From Bacteroidota bacterium (GTDB taxonomy: Bacteria > Bacteroidota > Bacteroidia > Chitinophagales > LD1): DNA of 33,542 bases. Below the pieces are notes generated by a model that did no database searches, was not told where the DNA came from, and worked only from the letters and a program-made list of their open reading frames with translations. Shown here piece by piece: positions 16,740 to 25,584 of the stretch (its first letter is position 1; every line of letters begins with the position of its first letter). The DNA lies in contig JAQBNQ010000298.1 in the NCBI GenBank assembly GCA_028288545.1, forward strand, positions 1-33,542. The letters are read 5' to 3'. A program made the position numbers and the translations under genes.

Positions 16740-17375
16740 TCACTTTACAATGGAATAGCTCTTCAATTGATAGGTTTTGTTCGCATTTGTATATTCTTCA
16801 AAAACCGTAAATCCAATGAGCCCAACATTTTTTGCATATAAATAAGTGGGTGCCAATTGTGGAAAGGCCGGCCTGAATTGCACAAATGTCATTCGAACCA
16901 CATCCTCGTAACTTTGATTATTGATGGAATAGGTTTTGTAGATATTGAGGGTATCGTGAAAATAGGTGTTAACACTAAACGTTTCGTCTTTTTTGTTCAG
17001 TTCCAGTTCGCAGGACAAATTTAAACTATCATATTTTCCGTTCATGTTATAAAGATCAATGTTCGCGTTGGTGTGAACAGTTACAGTAAGGGTATCGTTG
17101 GTTTTTTTAGAGATTAACATGTAGTTAACCTGTTGCGTGTAACTGCCATCGCAGGGTTTTTCCGTATATCCAAAATTCGTTACATCAGACCTGTTGACCA
17201 GGGTAAGCGTATCAACATCGTTTGCGTTGGCTACATTTTCAAATACCCAGTAACTCCCATCTAAAAACTCCGAAAAGTATTTTTGCGATGAGAGAGTTAA
17301 AAGATAAGTTGGTTTGTTGCCGCAGCGGCACGAAGCAATAAGGAACAGAAAAATCACTATTGAAAATCTTGTCAT
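16740..17375 (-). CDS. Hypothetical lipoprotein (211 aa from internal ATG)
   Basis: The internal Met at 17375 gives MTRFSIVIFLFLIASC, a lipoprotein signal peptide with lipobox-like LIASC. The 21 upstream codons of the track ORF look non-native. No domain was recognised. Confidence 0.65.
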   Translation of the reverse strand: MTRFSIVIFLFLIASCRCGNKPTYLLTLSSQKYFSEFLDGSYWVFENVANANDVDTLTLVNRSDVTNFGYTEKPCDGSYTQQVNYMLISKKTNDTLTVTVHTNANIDLYNMNGKYDSLNLSCELELNKKDETFSVNTYFHDTLNIYKTYSINNQSYEDVVRMTFVQFRPAFPQLAPTYLYAKNVGLIGFTVFEEYTNANKTYQLKSYSIVK

Positions 17376-17463
17376 GTTTTTAAGTATTATCTGGTACTTT
17401 AAATATACAAAACTTCTGTAATCAGCCTTTGTCATCATGGTATAACGAAATTCTTTTCTTAAA

Positions 17464-17471
17464 TATTTTTG
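17464..17471 (+). promoter_or_regulatory. Candidate Bacteroidota -7 promoter box (TAnnTTTG) upstream of gldM
   Basis: tatttttg matches TAnnTTTG. It lies 113 nt upstream of the gldM ATG, which would imply a long leader. Confidence 0.25.
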
Positions 17472-17583
17472 GTTCGCACATTAATTCTATAAAAATCTTT
17501 TGAACCTCTTGGCTCCGCAATTTTTATAAATGGGCTTTCGTTTCCAGTAGGACACGTTTTTTTGTAACTAAAAAATATCCACT

Positions 17584-19203
17584 ATGTCTCACTCCGAACT
17601 TAAGCCCAGGCAGAAGATGATAAACCTCATCTACCTTGTTCTTACAGCCATACTTGCTCTCAATGTTTCGGGCGAGGTGTTGGACGCCTTTAAAACCGTT
17701 AACGACGGCATTGGCAATTCCAACACCTCCCTTAAAACAAAAAATTCCGACATCTATACCGATTTTGGGACGCAGTTCTTAAACGATTCCGCCCGCGCAG
17801 AAAAGGCTTATAAAAAGGCATTGCAGGCAAGGGCCTTATCTGATAAGCTTTATGTTTTGCTGGAGCAATACAAAAAGCAAATGGTGACCGAAGCGGGTGG
17901 GATTGATCCTGAAACCGGAAAAATTAAAAGAGATGATGACATTAATGTTTCAACGGGGCTATTTGTTGAAAATGAAGGCAAGAAAGGAAAAGAACTTAAA
18001 AAGGAAATAGAAAATACGAGGCAGGATTTGCTGAATCTTTTAGAAGCGCAGGATAGAAAAGAGGCCGAGCAATCGTTTGCGTTAAAAATTGATGGCGCTG
18101 TTCCGGGCAAAACGTGGGAATACGCGAAGTTTAATAGTGTGCCCGTAGTGGCAGCAGTAACCTTGCTTACAAAATACCAGAATGATCTGCTAAGTGCCGA
18201 AGGTAATGTGGTGGCTAAGCTGTATAGTTCGGTTTACAAAAACGTGGATAAGGTAGATCGCTTTGCGGCTAAGGTGATAGCACCCGGTAGTTATATTTTA
18301 CAGGGAGAATCATACAAGGCCGACGTAATGGTAGCCGCTTATAATTCTACCAAGGACCCTGAAGTTTTTTTGGGGCAGTTTACTCCCGATGTTAAAGCCG
18401 ATCCGGATGGCGGCTATAAAATGATAGCCTCTGCAAACGAGGCTTTGCCATTGGTGAACCCTGTAAAGGTAGATGTGCAGCACGGCATAGGTAAATTGGC
18501 CATGGCCGGCGCTGCTACCGGCAACAAAAAATACACGGGGGTTGTGCGGGTAAAAAATACGGATGGCGTATATAAGTTTTTTCCGTTTGAGGGCCAATAC
18601 CAGGTGGCACCGAAAACGGCAGTGGTTTCGCCAAAGATGCTGAACGTATTATACATTGGTTTGGATAACCCCGTGGATGTAAGTGTGCCTGGCGTTGCAC
18701 AAAGTGACGTAATTGCAACTTTTGAAGGAGACGGGAAGTTAGTGGCTTCAACCGATGGCGGGTTCAAGGCCCTGGTTACTACTCCCGGAACTACCAAAGT
18801 TAAAGTGAGTGCAAAAATTGACGGCAGGGTTGTACCGATGGGAGAGAAGCAGTTTCGGATAAAGAGGATTCCCAATCCTGTGACCACGATAGATGGAATT
18901 TCGAGTGGCGGTACAGCCACCGCCACGTTTATTGATCAAAGAGCAGGCGTTGTTCCAAAGTCGGATGATTTTATTTATGGATCATTGCCATGGAAAGTAA
19001 TAAAGTATGTGGTATCCATTCACAAAGGAATGGATCTATATAAAATTGAGAACGAAGGCCCCGTATTTAACCAAAAGATAAAAACGCTAAAGAAGGGTTT
19101 GAAAAAAGGCGATACCTTTTTTGTTGATGAGATAATAGTAATGGGCCCCGACCAAAAGCAAAGATCTATTCCCCCACTAGCGTACAACATAACGGCGCAG
19201 TAA
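17584..19203 (+). CDS. gldM: Gliding motility / T9SS motor protein GldM (PorM)
   Basis: The N-terminus LKPRQKMINLIYLVLTAILALNVSGEVLDAF closely matches the conserved GldM/PorM N-terminal TM signature (TPRQKMINLMYLV...ALN.S.EVL.AF). The 539-aa size is appropriate, and gldN follows. Confidence 0.9.
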   Translation: MSHSELKPRQKMINLIYLVLTAILALNVSGEVLDAFKTVNDGIGNSNTSLKTKNSDIYTDFGTQFLNDSARAEKAYKKALQARALSDKLYVLLEQYKKQMVTEAGGIDPETGKIKRDDDINVSTGLFVENEGKKGKELKKEIENTRQDLLNLLEAQDRKEAEQSFALKIDGAVPGKTWEYAKFNSVPVVAAVTLLTKYQNDLLSAEGNVVAKLYSSVYKNVDKVDRFAAKVIAPGSYILQGESYKADVMVAAYNSTKDPEVFLGQFTPDVKADPDGGYKMIASANEALPLVNPVKVDVQHGIGKLAMAGAATGNKKYTGVVRVKNTDGVYKFFPFEGQYQVAPKTAVVSPKMLNVLYIGLDNPVDVSVPGVAQSDVIATFEGDGKLVASTDGGFKALVTTPGTTKVKVSAKIDGRVVPMGEKQFRIKRIPNPVTTIDGISSGGTATATFIDQRAGVVPKSDDFIYGSLPWKVIKYVVSIHKGMDLYKIENEGPVFNQKIKTLKKGLKKGDTFFVDEIIVMGPDQKQRSIPPLAYNITAQ

Positions 19204-19222
19204 AAGAAACGCAGAAATAGCG

Positions 19223-19248
19223 GGGCGCAATGTTACTTTTTTGCGCCC
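19223..19248 (+). other. Hairpin in the gldM-gldN spacer
   Basis: gggcgcaa (19223-19230) pairs with ttgcgccc (19241-19248) around a 10-nt loop. There is no proper T-tail, so it is probably not a full terminator. Confidence 0.3.
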
Positions 19249-19273
19249 TTGCATTATATAAGAAACCACTTTT

Positions 19274-20104
19274 ATGATGACCATTAAAAAGATTGCCGGC
19301 ACTATTGTTTTAATCCTGGCGCTGCAAAACATTTGGGGACAGAGTGCCCAACAACAAAATCCATGGCAGGAACGGGACCGGAAAGATGCCCAGCCGTTGC
19401 CACATGAATATCAAAGAGAGGCGGATGTTTTTTGGAGCAAAAATATCTGGAGGATAATTGATACCCGCGAAAAAATGAATAAACCTTTCGAGTATCCTCA
19501 ACAACCCCTGATACAGATAATTCATGAGGCTGCAAAAAGGGGTGAAATAACTGTCTACGATCCGGCGGTGCAGGATGCTGACCAGTTTAGAAAAGTAATG
19601 GATACCAGCGAGGTAATTTCAATGGGTACGAAAATTGATACCACTATTCAATCCTTGCCAGAAAATCCGGATTCGGAACAAACTGTTATTGTTCGCAATG
19701 AATTGACCTGGGATAAGATCAAAAAATTCCGAATAAAGGAGGTTTGGTTTTTTGATACTAAAACCTCGGCAATGCAGGTGCGCATTATTGGAATTGCACC
19801 CGTTATGGAAGACTACGACGCACAGGGAAATTATCGCGGAGACATGACCATGTACTGGGTTCCTTTTGAGCAGATGCGTGGCCTATTAGCAAAGCGCGAA
19901 GTATTTAATCCTCAAAATGACTCAAAGCGGTTTAGTTGGGAAGACCTTTTTGAAATGAGGAAGTTTGAAAGCTACATTTATAAAGAAAGCAATGTGTACG
20001 ACCGTAACGTACAGGAATATGCCACAGGTGTTGATGCGCAAATTGAAAGTGAACGGATTAAGCAGGAATTATTTGAAAAGGAGCATGATATGTGGGAGTA
20101 TTAA
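19274..20104 (+). CDS. gldN: Gliding motility / T9SS periplasmic ring protein GldN (PorN)
   Basis: It has a signal peptide. The motif region READVFWSKNIWRIIDTREKMNKPF...IKEVWFFDTKTS is typical of GldN, and it sits immediately downstream of gldM. Confidence 0.8.
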   Translation: MMTIKKIAGTIVLILALQNIWGQSAQQQNPWQERDRKDAQPLPHEYQREADVFWSKNIWRIIDTREKMNKPFEYPQQPLIQIIHEAAKRGEITVYDPAVQDADQFRKVMDTSEVISMGTKIDTTIQSLPENPDSEQTVIVRNELTWDKIKKFRIKEVWFFDTKTSAMQVRIIGIAPVMEDYDAQGNYRGDMTMYWVPFEQMRGLLAKREVFNPQNDSKRFSWEDLFEMRKFESYIYKESNVYDRNVQEYATGVDAQIESERIKQELFEKEHDMWEY

Positions 20105-20155
20105 CCGGGATCTTTACCTTAAAGTAAAAACTGTAAACCGTAAACCGAAAAATAT

Positions 20156-20163
20156 TAGGTTTG
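20156..20163 (+). promoter_or_regulatory. Candidate -7 promoter box (TAnnTTTG) for lspA
   Basis: taggtttg lies 20 nt upstream of the TTG start at 20183. Confidence 0.35.
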
Positions 20164-20182
20164 CCGCCTAAATATTTGCCCG

Positions 20183-20809
20183 TTGAAACCTTACAAAGCG
20201 GTTCTGATTATTGTACTCATAATTATAGCTGACCAGGCACTGAAGATTTGGGTGAAAACCCACATGATGCTGGATGAGGAGATATTCATTACAAACTGGT
20301 TCCGTATTCATTTTGCTGAAAATAAAGGCATGGCCTTTAGTATGGAATTACCCGGTGTTTGGGGTAAGGCGCTATTAGGTATTTTCCGTTCCGCTGCAGC
20401 AGTTGCAGGAACCTGGTACGTTATACGTTTATTAAAACAAAAGGCGCATTGGGGATTTATTGCGGCATGTTGCAGTATACTTGCCGGGGCCATAGGTAAT
20501 TTGATTGACGGTGCATTTTATGGCTTGCTTTTTACTGACAGCTATGGCAGGCTGGCGCAGGTCTTTCCGGCAAAGGGGTATGCCGGTTTTATGCAGGGGC
20601 AGGTAGTTGATATGCTGCGCTTTCCTTTATTTCATGGATTCTCCCCTAATTGGCTACCCTTATGGGGCGGTCAATATTTTGAATTTTTCAATGCCGTTTT
20701 TAATATATCCGATGCGGCTATAACAGTGGGGGTCTTTATAATTCTCATTTTCCAAAAGACATTTTTTAAGGAGCCAGTGGCTGATCAATCCATAGGTGAT
20801 TCAATTTGA
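20183..20809 (+). CDS. lspA: Lipoprotein signal peptidase (signal peptidase II)
   Basis: VLIIVLIIIADQALKIWV...FRIHFAENKGMAFSM...GAIGNLIDGAFYG...VVDMLRF...FNISDAAITVG are classic LspA motifs. The first TM helix requires the TTG start at 20183, because the first in-frame ATG would delete it. Confidence 0.9.
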   Translation: MKPYKAVLIIVLIIIADQALKIWVKTHMMLDEEIFITNWFRIHFAENKGMAFSMELPGVWGKALLGIFRSAAAVAGTWYVIRLLKQKAHWGFIAACCSILAGAIGNLIDGAFYGLLFTDSYGRLAQVFPAKGYAGFMQGQVVDMLRFPLFHGFSPNWLPLWGGQYFEFFNAVFNISDAAITVGVFIILIFQKTFFKEPVADQSIGDSI

Positions 20810-20920
20810 AGGATCGGCTCCGAGTTAAAATGCAGCAACAAAAAGTGATTGTAATCTTGTTTATATACGACCGGTCTTTTGGTTACCCACTAAACTGAGA
20901 TAATTTAACTAAGTTCGGAA

Positions 20921-22810
20921 ATGCAAAAATGGCGTAATACAATTTTGGTATGGATGCTTCATGCCGTCTTATCTGCATTAATTGCCTGGAGCGTTTTATT
21001 CAAGGGGGAGTTTAGTGTAGTAAAGAGTTCTCTTTTTCACTTTGCATTGGTGTTGAGAAGCATTAAGGACGCCCTCATTTATGTTTTGAAAGAAGATTAT
21101 AGCCAATGGGTGGTTTCTTTTCATTTTACCGGCATTTTTTTATTCCTTTTTTTACGGGTAGTCCCCTTCGGAATCCTTATAATATGGGTTTATAGGCGCA
21201 CTCCTTTTAAAAAAATATCTTATGCTTATCATTCGTTTAAGTCCTTTGCTTTAAAGGTAAAGGGCCTTATTATTTATGATTTTCTGGAAGCAGATGTATT
21301 TGTTCTCTTCTTGATTTTTTTCTCATCCTGGATGATATCTCAAATGTTGATTTATCTTATTGCTCAACAAAAGATGGATTATTTAGTTTTAATGGAGGGT
21401 CAATTCGTACAAGGGAAAATTGTAGTTTGGGGGTGTTATTTATTTGCTTTGATCGCAATTATAGCAAGATGGCAAAGTTTCAAAAGCAGGTGTAAACGTT
21501 TTTGGGGACACAAGATTTTTCCACATGGGCTTTCATTGTTTAGGATATTATTTTTTTTGGAGGAAATACAAGTGCTCTTTTATGATAAAACAGTTTTAAT
21601 TCACCGGGTTGCTCCACCTGGTGTTCCGTTGCAGCCGATGGAGTTTACGGGTTGGTACGCGAACCTTTTACCAGCAAACCAGGAAATTTATAGTATGGCC
21701 TGCATATTGGCGATTGTTGCTTCCGCCTTTGTTGTACTTGGGTTTATGACACGTTTATCGCTTATCACTTTAACTGTGCTCGCATTTTATGTTTACGCTA
21801 TGCCAAATATGTATGGGAAAATTAACCATAATCATATTCATCTCTGGATACCTTTGATATTGATTTTCACTCCTTGTGCTGAGGTATGGAGTTTGGATGC
21901 GCTAATAAATAGATGGCGGGGAAACAGACAAATTGTAGGATTATCTTCGGCTTATTGGCAGCCGTTGGCAGCTATTTATATGATTCTTGGAGTTATGTAC
22001 ACATTTTCGGGATTGCGTAAATTATGGGATTGCGGTTTTGCCTGGGGTTTGAGTGATCATTTTATATATCAGATACAGGAGGAATGGATTGAAAATTATA
22101 AGATAGTGCCAGCCCTAAGAATAGATCACTATCCTACAATTGCAAAAGCCGGGGGAATGGGTATAGTAATATTCGAAATATTATATCTGGGACTTATCTT
22201 TTATCCGGTGGGCAGATGGATTGCTTGTATTGGAGGACTTGCGTTACATAATCTGGCAGGATATTTTATGAATATTGATTTCGCCGATTTACAAAAAGTA
22301 TACTTTTCGTATTTAACGCCGTTGGTCAAAAGAAAAGAAAGTTTCTATGGTCAAATTGATTCGCTGAAATCTTCATATAAATTTTATTTCATCCTGGTAA
22401 TTCTTTTAACTGGTAATATAGTCATGTCTTTATGGGGCAAAACCTCTTGGCCTTTTTCGCCATATCCTTCTTATTCTACCTTGGCTCCAGGTACAACCAC
22501 TATTATTAAATTTGAGGCGCTAGCTGCAGACGGTACAAGAATTAACATAGATAGTCTTGCTCAAACAAGCGGCTTTCGCAAGGAAACCTTTCGGCCGCTT
22601 GAAGAAGAATTAATAAGAATAAAAGATTCTGACACAGCGATACTGCAACGAAGCGCGTGGAATTTGTGGTCGAATTGGTCGGGCTTTTTACCACCATTGG
22701 CTGGTTTTAAAAAAGTTGAAGTGTATGCAGTGACGTTTCCTGTAGCGCCGGAACGATATAATGAAATTGTAAAAAAGGAATTGCTGACAACCCTTGATTT
22801 AAAGAATTAA
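20921..22810 (+). CDS. Polytopic membrane protein (629 aa); central/C-terminal part is HTTM-like (vitamin K-dependent gamma-carboxylase-type horizontally transferred TM domain)
   Basis: It has many TM helices. The segment LSLFRILFFLEE...ILAIVASAFVVLGFMTRLSLITLTVLAFYVY...HIHLWIPLILIFTPCAEVWSLDALI follows the HTTM pattern as I remember it. No search was done. Confidence 0.7.
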   Translation: MQKWRNTILVWMLHAVLSALIAWSVLFKGEFSVVKSSLFHFALVLRSIKDALIYVLKEDYSQWVVSFHFTGIFLFLFLRVVPFGILIIWVYRRTPFKKISYAYHSFKSFALKVKGLIIYDFLEADVFVLFLIFFSSWMISQMLIYLIAQQKMDYLVLMEGQFVQGKIVVWGCYLFALIAIIARWQSFKSRCKRFWGHKIFPHGLSLFRILFFLEEIQVLFYDKTVLIHRVAPPGVPLQPMEFTGWYANLLPANQEIYSMACILAIVASAFVVLGFMTRLSLITLTVLAFYVYAMPNMYGKINHNHIHLWIPLILIFTPCAEVWSLDALINRWRGNRQIVGLSSAYWQPLAAIYMILGVMYTFSGLRKLWDCGFAWGLSDHFIYQIQEEWIENYKIVPALRIDHYPTIAKAGGMGIVIFEILYLGLIFYPVGRWIACIGGLALHNLAGYFMNIDFADLQKVYFSYLTPLVKRKESFYGQIDSLKSSYKFYFILVILLTGNIVMSLWGKTSWPFSPYPSYSTLAPGTTTIIKFEALAADGTRINIDSLAQTSGFRKETFRPLEEELIRIKDSDTAILQRSAWNLWSNWSGFLPPLAGFKKVEVYAVTFPVAPERYNEIVKKELLTTLDLKN

Positions 22811-22913
22811 ATCCTCTTCAAATCATTCCATCTTATTTCAAATAGTTAATCAGCCTAACGATAATGTAGCAAGTGAGGTAAAATAGCTGCATTTTTGAAT
22901 ACTCTCCGACCCA

Positions 22914-22931
22914 ACATGACAATTGTCATGT
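22914..22931. promoter_or_regulatory. Perfect 18-bp palindrome, candidate operator upstream of the XRE regulator gene
   Basis: ACATGACAATTGTCATGT is perfectly self-complementary and lies 89 nt upstream of ATG 23020. Confidence 0.35.
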
Positions 22932-23019
22932 CGATAAGCAACTATGATCATATTGTACGGTAATCATTTGTGCCAATTTTGCCGTTAAATAGCTTAAGTA
23001 AACCCATGAACCAATTTAT

Positions 23020-23265
23020 ATGACTGACATTAAATTTTTATCCTCTCTTGGATCCAGGATCCGGGAGATACGCAAAGAAAAAAGCATTACCCAAACCACT
23101 TTAGCCGAACTGTGCGAAATTGAAAAAGCGAACATGTCCCGCATCGAATCTGGCAAAACCAATGTAACGGTGCTTACCTTGCTGAAAATAAGCAAGGCAT
23201 TAAACACACCGGTTTCTGATATTCTTGCCAATATGGATGTTAGGGCGGATGGCATAGCTGCCTGA
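23020..23265 (+). CDS. XRE-family helix-turn-helix transcriptional regulator (81 aa)
   Basis: LGSRIREIRKEKSITQTTLAELCEIEKANMSRIESGKTNVTVLTLLKISKALN is the canonical HTH_3/Cro-CI pattern. Confidence 0.85.
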   Translation: MTDIKFLSSLGSRIREIRKEKSITQTTLAELCEIEKANMSRIESGKTNVTVLTLLKISKALNTPVSDILANMDVRADGIAA

Positions 23266-23439
23266 TCAGGCAGCCTTTAAACGGTAGAGATGTTGTTGTT
23301 ATTAATAACAATAGCAAAACTGTATTTGACCAATAAACTAGTCTGACTCTAAGTAATTGAGTTTCAGCCTTAGAGTTTTTGTGTTGTTAAAAAGGAAAAT
23401 TCATCAAAACTTAAGCGGTTGTCAGACCGTTTGAGTGAT

Positions 23440-23691
23440 ATGAAGAATAAACGAAAACTCAAAGTTGTTGAAGTTAAGTTAGGAAGGGAAAGGGCGTTGG
23501 GAATAGCGGATTATGAAAATTTCAATATTCTCGTTGATCCACGGCAAAAACCCTACGAATATCTGAATACAATGGTGCATGAATTAATTCATCACATGGC
23601 CCCGTCGTGGGATGAAAGTAAGGTTGCCTGGTGGGCTAACCGTTTATCCCGTTTTCTCTGGAGCCATAACTACCGCCAGGTAAAACAGTAA
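23440..23691 (+). CDS. Small HExxH-motif protein (83 aa from ATG 23440), putative minimal zinc metallopeptidase-like protein
   Basis: The track ORF starts at TTG 23419, and the first ATG is at 23440. It contains MVHELIHHMAP (HExxH) preceded by a beta-rich segment. No family was identified. Confidence 0.55.
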   Translation: MKNKRKLKVVEVKLGRERALGIADYENFNILVDPRQKPYEYLNTMVHELIHHMAPSWDESKVAWWANRLSRFLWSHNYRQVKQ

Positions 23692-23750
23692 TAGCTACCT
23701 ATTGCCTTTGGGCGAAGAACTGCTATCTTTTTCTATTTTTACCCCCGCTT

Positions 23751-25544
23751 ATGGCAGAATACATTGTTAGTGCTAGAAAATACCGCCCTGTTAGCTTTGC
23801 CGAAATGGTGGGCCAGGAACAGGTTGCCGTTACCCTAAAAAATGCGATACGTACCGGGCATTTGGCCCATTCGTTTCTTTTTTGCGGTCCGCGTGGTGTT
23901 GGTAAGACTACAGCTGCCCGTATTCTCGCCAAAACTATTAACTGCGAGAATATTACAGCCGATTTTGAAGCTTGTGGAAAATGTCCTTCCTGTTTTTCGT
24001 TTCAACAAAACTCTTCCTTTAATATTCATGAGTTGGATGCAGCATCCAATAACTCGGTAGAAGACATCAGGGCTTTGGTGGAACAGGTTCGTTTCCCCCC
24101 ACAAAGCGGTAAGTATAAGATATACATTATTGATGAGGTTCACATGCTATCAACCAGCGCATTCAATGCGTTTTTAAAAACGTTGGAAGAGCCGCCGGCT
24201 TATTGCAAATTCATTCTTGCCACTACCGAGAAGCATAAGATATTACCCACTATTCTTTCTCGCTGCCAGATTTTTGATTTTAAGCGCATCAGCATAGATA
24301 CTATTGTTAGCCACCTTAAACATATTTGCGAGATAGAGAAGATAGAAGCCGAGGAAGATGCCCTGCACATTATTGCTCAGAAAGCCGACGGCGGAATGCG
24401 CGATGCGTTATCTATGTTCGATCGCCTTTCGGGTTTTAGCGAAGGCAAGTTGACTTATGCCGGCGTGTTGGAAAATTTGAATGTGCTGGATTACGATTAC
24501 TTTTTTAAAGTTACAGAAGCGCTTTTGGCGGAAGACCTTTCTTTGGTTCTTCGCTTATTTGACGAGATATTGAAAAAGGGATTTGAAGGGGATGATTTTA
24601 TACTTGGATTGTGTGAGCATTTCCGGAATCTTCTTTTTTGCAAGGACCCAGGCACTTTAAAAGTGCTTGAAGTAAGTGAAGGGCTTAAACAAAAATATGC
24701 ATCTCAATCCGCATTAGCATCTGCCGACTTTTTAGTCAATTGTCTTAACCTGGGCAACCAGTGCGATGTACATTACAGAGCATCCAAAAATAAACGCCTG
24801 ACGGTTGAGCTTTCGCTTATTAAGATGTGCTACATCAATTCGGTGGTACGGATGGATGAAGGAGGCGAAAAAAAAAAGTTAAAGCCTGAACCCAGGCCCG
24901 AAATAAAAACTGAAAGGAAAGAGGAGCCCAGTCCTGAACCAGACAGCCAACTTGCCAGGGGGGAAGAAATTACTCCGCCAATTCCGGTAAGAGAAATTGC
25001 TACCACTGAAAAAGCGATAGCAACCAGGGACCCCGTGGTATCAAATCAAAAGCCAACCGTTTTGACCAAATCAAAAAAGGTGCTTACGGCTGACTCTTTG
25101 GATGACCTCGAAAATTCTCCTCAAAATAAGATACTGGAACACTTACAGGAAGAAATACAGGGAGAGATTTTGCTGCTTAACGCAGAAAATATCCTGAAAC
25201 TTTGGGATGAATTTGCGGGTCGTGTTCCGGACGCGAAAAGAGGCCTGAAAATTATATTTAATACTTTTAAGCCGGTGCTTGATGAAACCGTGCTGAACAA
25301 GGTTTTTGTAAAAGTGCAAAGCGATATTCAAAAATCGCAGTTGGATGAGATACGGAACGGACTACAAAATTTTATATCAAAAAGAGTAGGCGCCGAAATA
25401 GCTTTAGAAATAATTGCCGATAAAGAGGTGGACACAGGCACCAAGCCATATACGCCGAAAGAAAAGTTGGAGCGATTGATACAAAAAAATCCTGCCATAA
25501 AAAAAATGCAACAGCAGTTGGGACTTGAAATGGATTACGATTAA
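23751..25544 (+). CDS. dnaX: DNA polymerase III subunits gamma/tau
   Basis: KYRPVSFAEMVGQE...FLFCGPRGVGKTTAARILAKTINC (Walker A), a Cys-rich zinc module (CGKCPSC), IYIIDEVHMLS (Walker B) and ILATTEKHKILPTILSRC (sensor/SRC motif). A P/E/K-rich linker and C-terminal tau domain follow. Confidence 0.95.
   Translation: MAEYIVSARKYRPVSFAEMVGQEQVAVTLKNAIRTGHLAHSFLFCGPRGVGKTTAARILAKTINCENITADFEACGKCPSCFSFQQNSSFNIHELDAASNNSVEDIRALVEQVRFPPQSGKYKIYIIDEVHMLSTSAFNAFLKTLEEPPAYCKFILATTEKHKILPTILSRCQIFDFKRISIDTIVSHLKHICEIEKIEAEEDALHIIAQKADGGMRDALSMFDRLSGFSEGKLTYAGVLENLNVLDYDYFFKVTEALLAEDLSLVLRLFDEILKKGFEGDDFILGLCEHFRNLLFCKDPGTLKVLEVSEGLKQKYASQSALASADFLVNCLNLGNQCDVHYRASKNKRLTVELSLIKMCYINSVVRMDEGGEKKKLKPEPRPEIKTERKEEPSPEPDSQLARGEEITPPIPVREIATTEKAIATRDPVVSNQKPTVLTKSKKVLTADSLDDLENSPQNKILEHLQEEIQGEILLLNAENILKLWDEFAGRVPDAKRGLKIIFNTFKPVLDETVLNKVFVKVQSDIQKSQLDEIRNGLQNFISKRVGAEIALEIIADKEVDTGTKPYTPKEKLERLIQKNPAIKKMQQQLGLEMDYD
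24859..24897 (+). promoter_or_regulatory. Putative dnaX recoding (ribosomal frameshift / transcriptional slippage) cassette
   Basis: AAGGAGG (24859-24865) is followed by an A10 run (24868-24877) containing the in-frame heptamer A-AAA-AAG (24872-24878). Stops occur in the -1 frame (tga 24887-24889) and the +1 frame (taa 24880-24882). A small hairpin, gcctg/caggc (24884-24897), follows. Confidence 0.4.
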
Positions 25545-25584
25545 ATAAACCCGCTATTAAATAAATCATCATTAAAACAATTTC

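Noticed and set aside
18310-18939. Several minus-strand ORFs (95, 170, 78 and 63 aa) inside gldM
   Set aside because: gldM is confidently identified on the plus strand. The antisense frames have no recognisable features.
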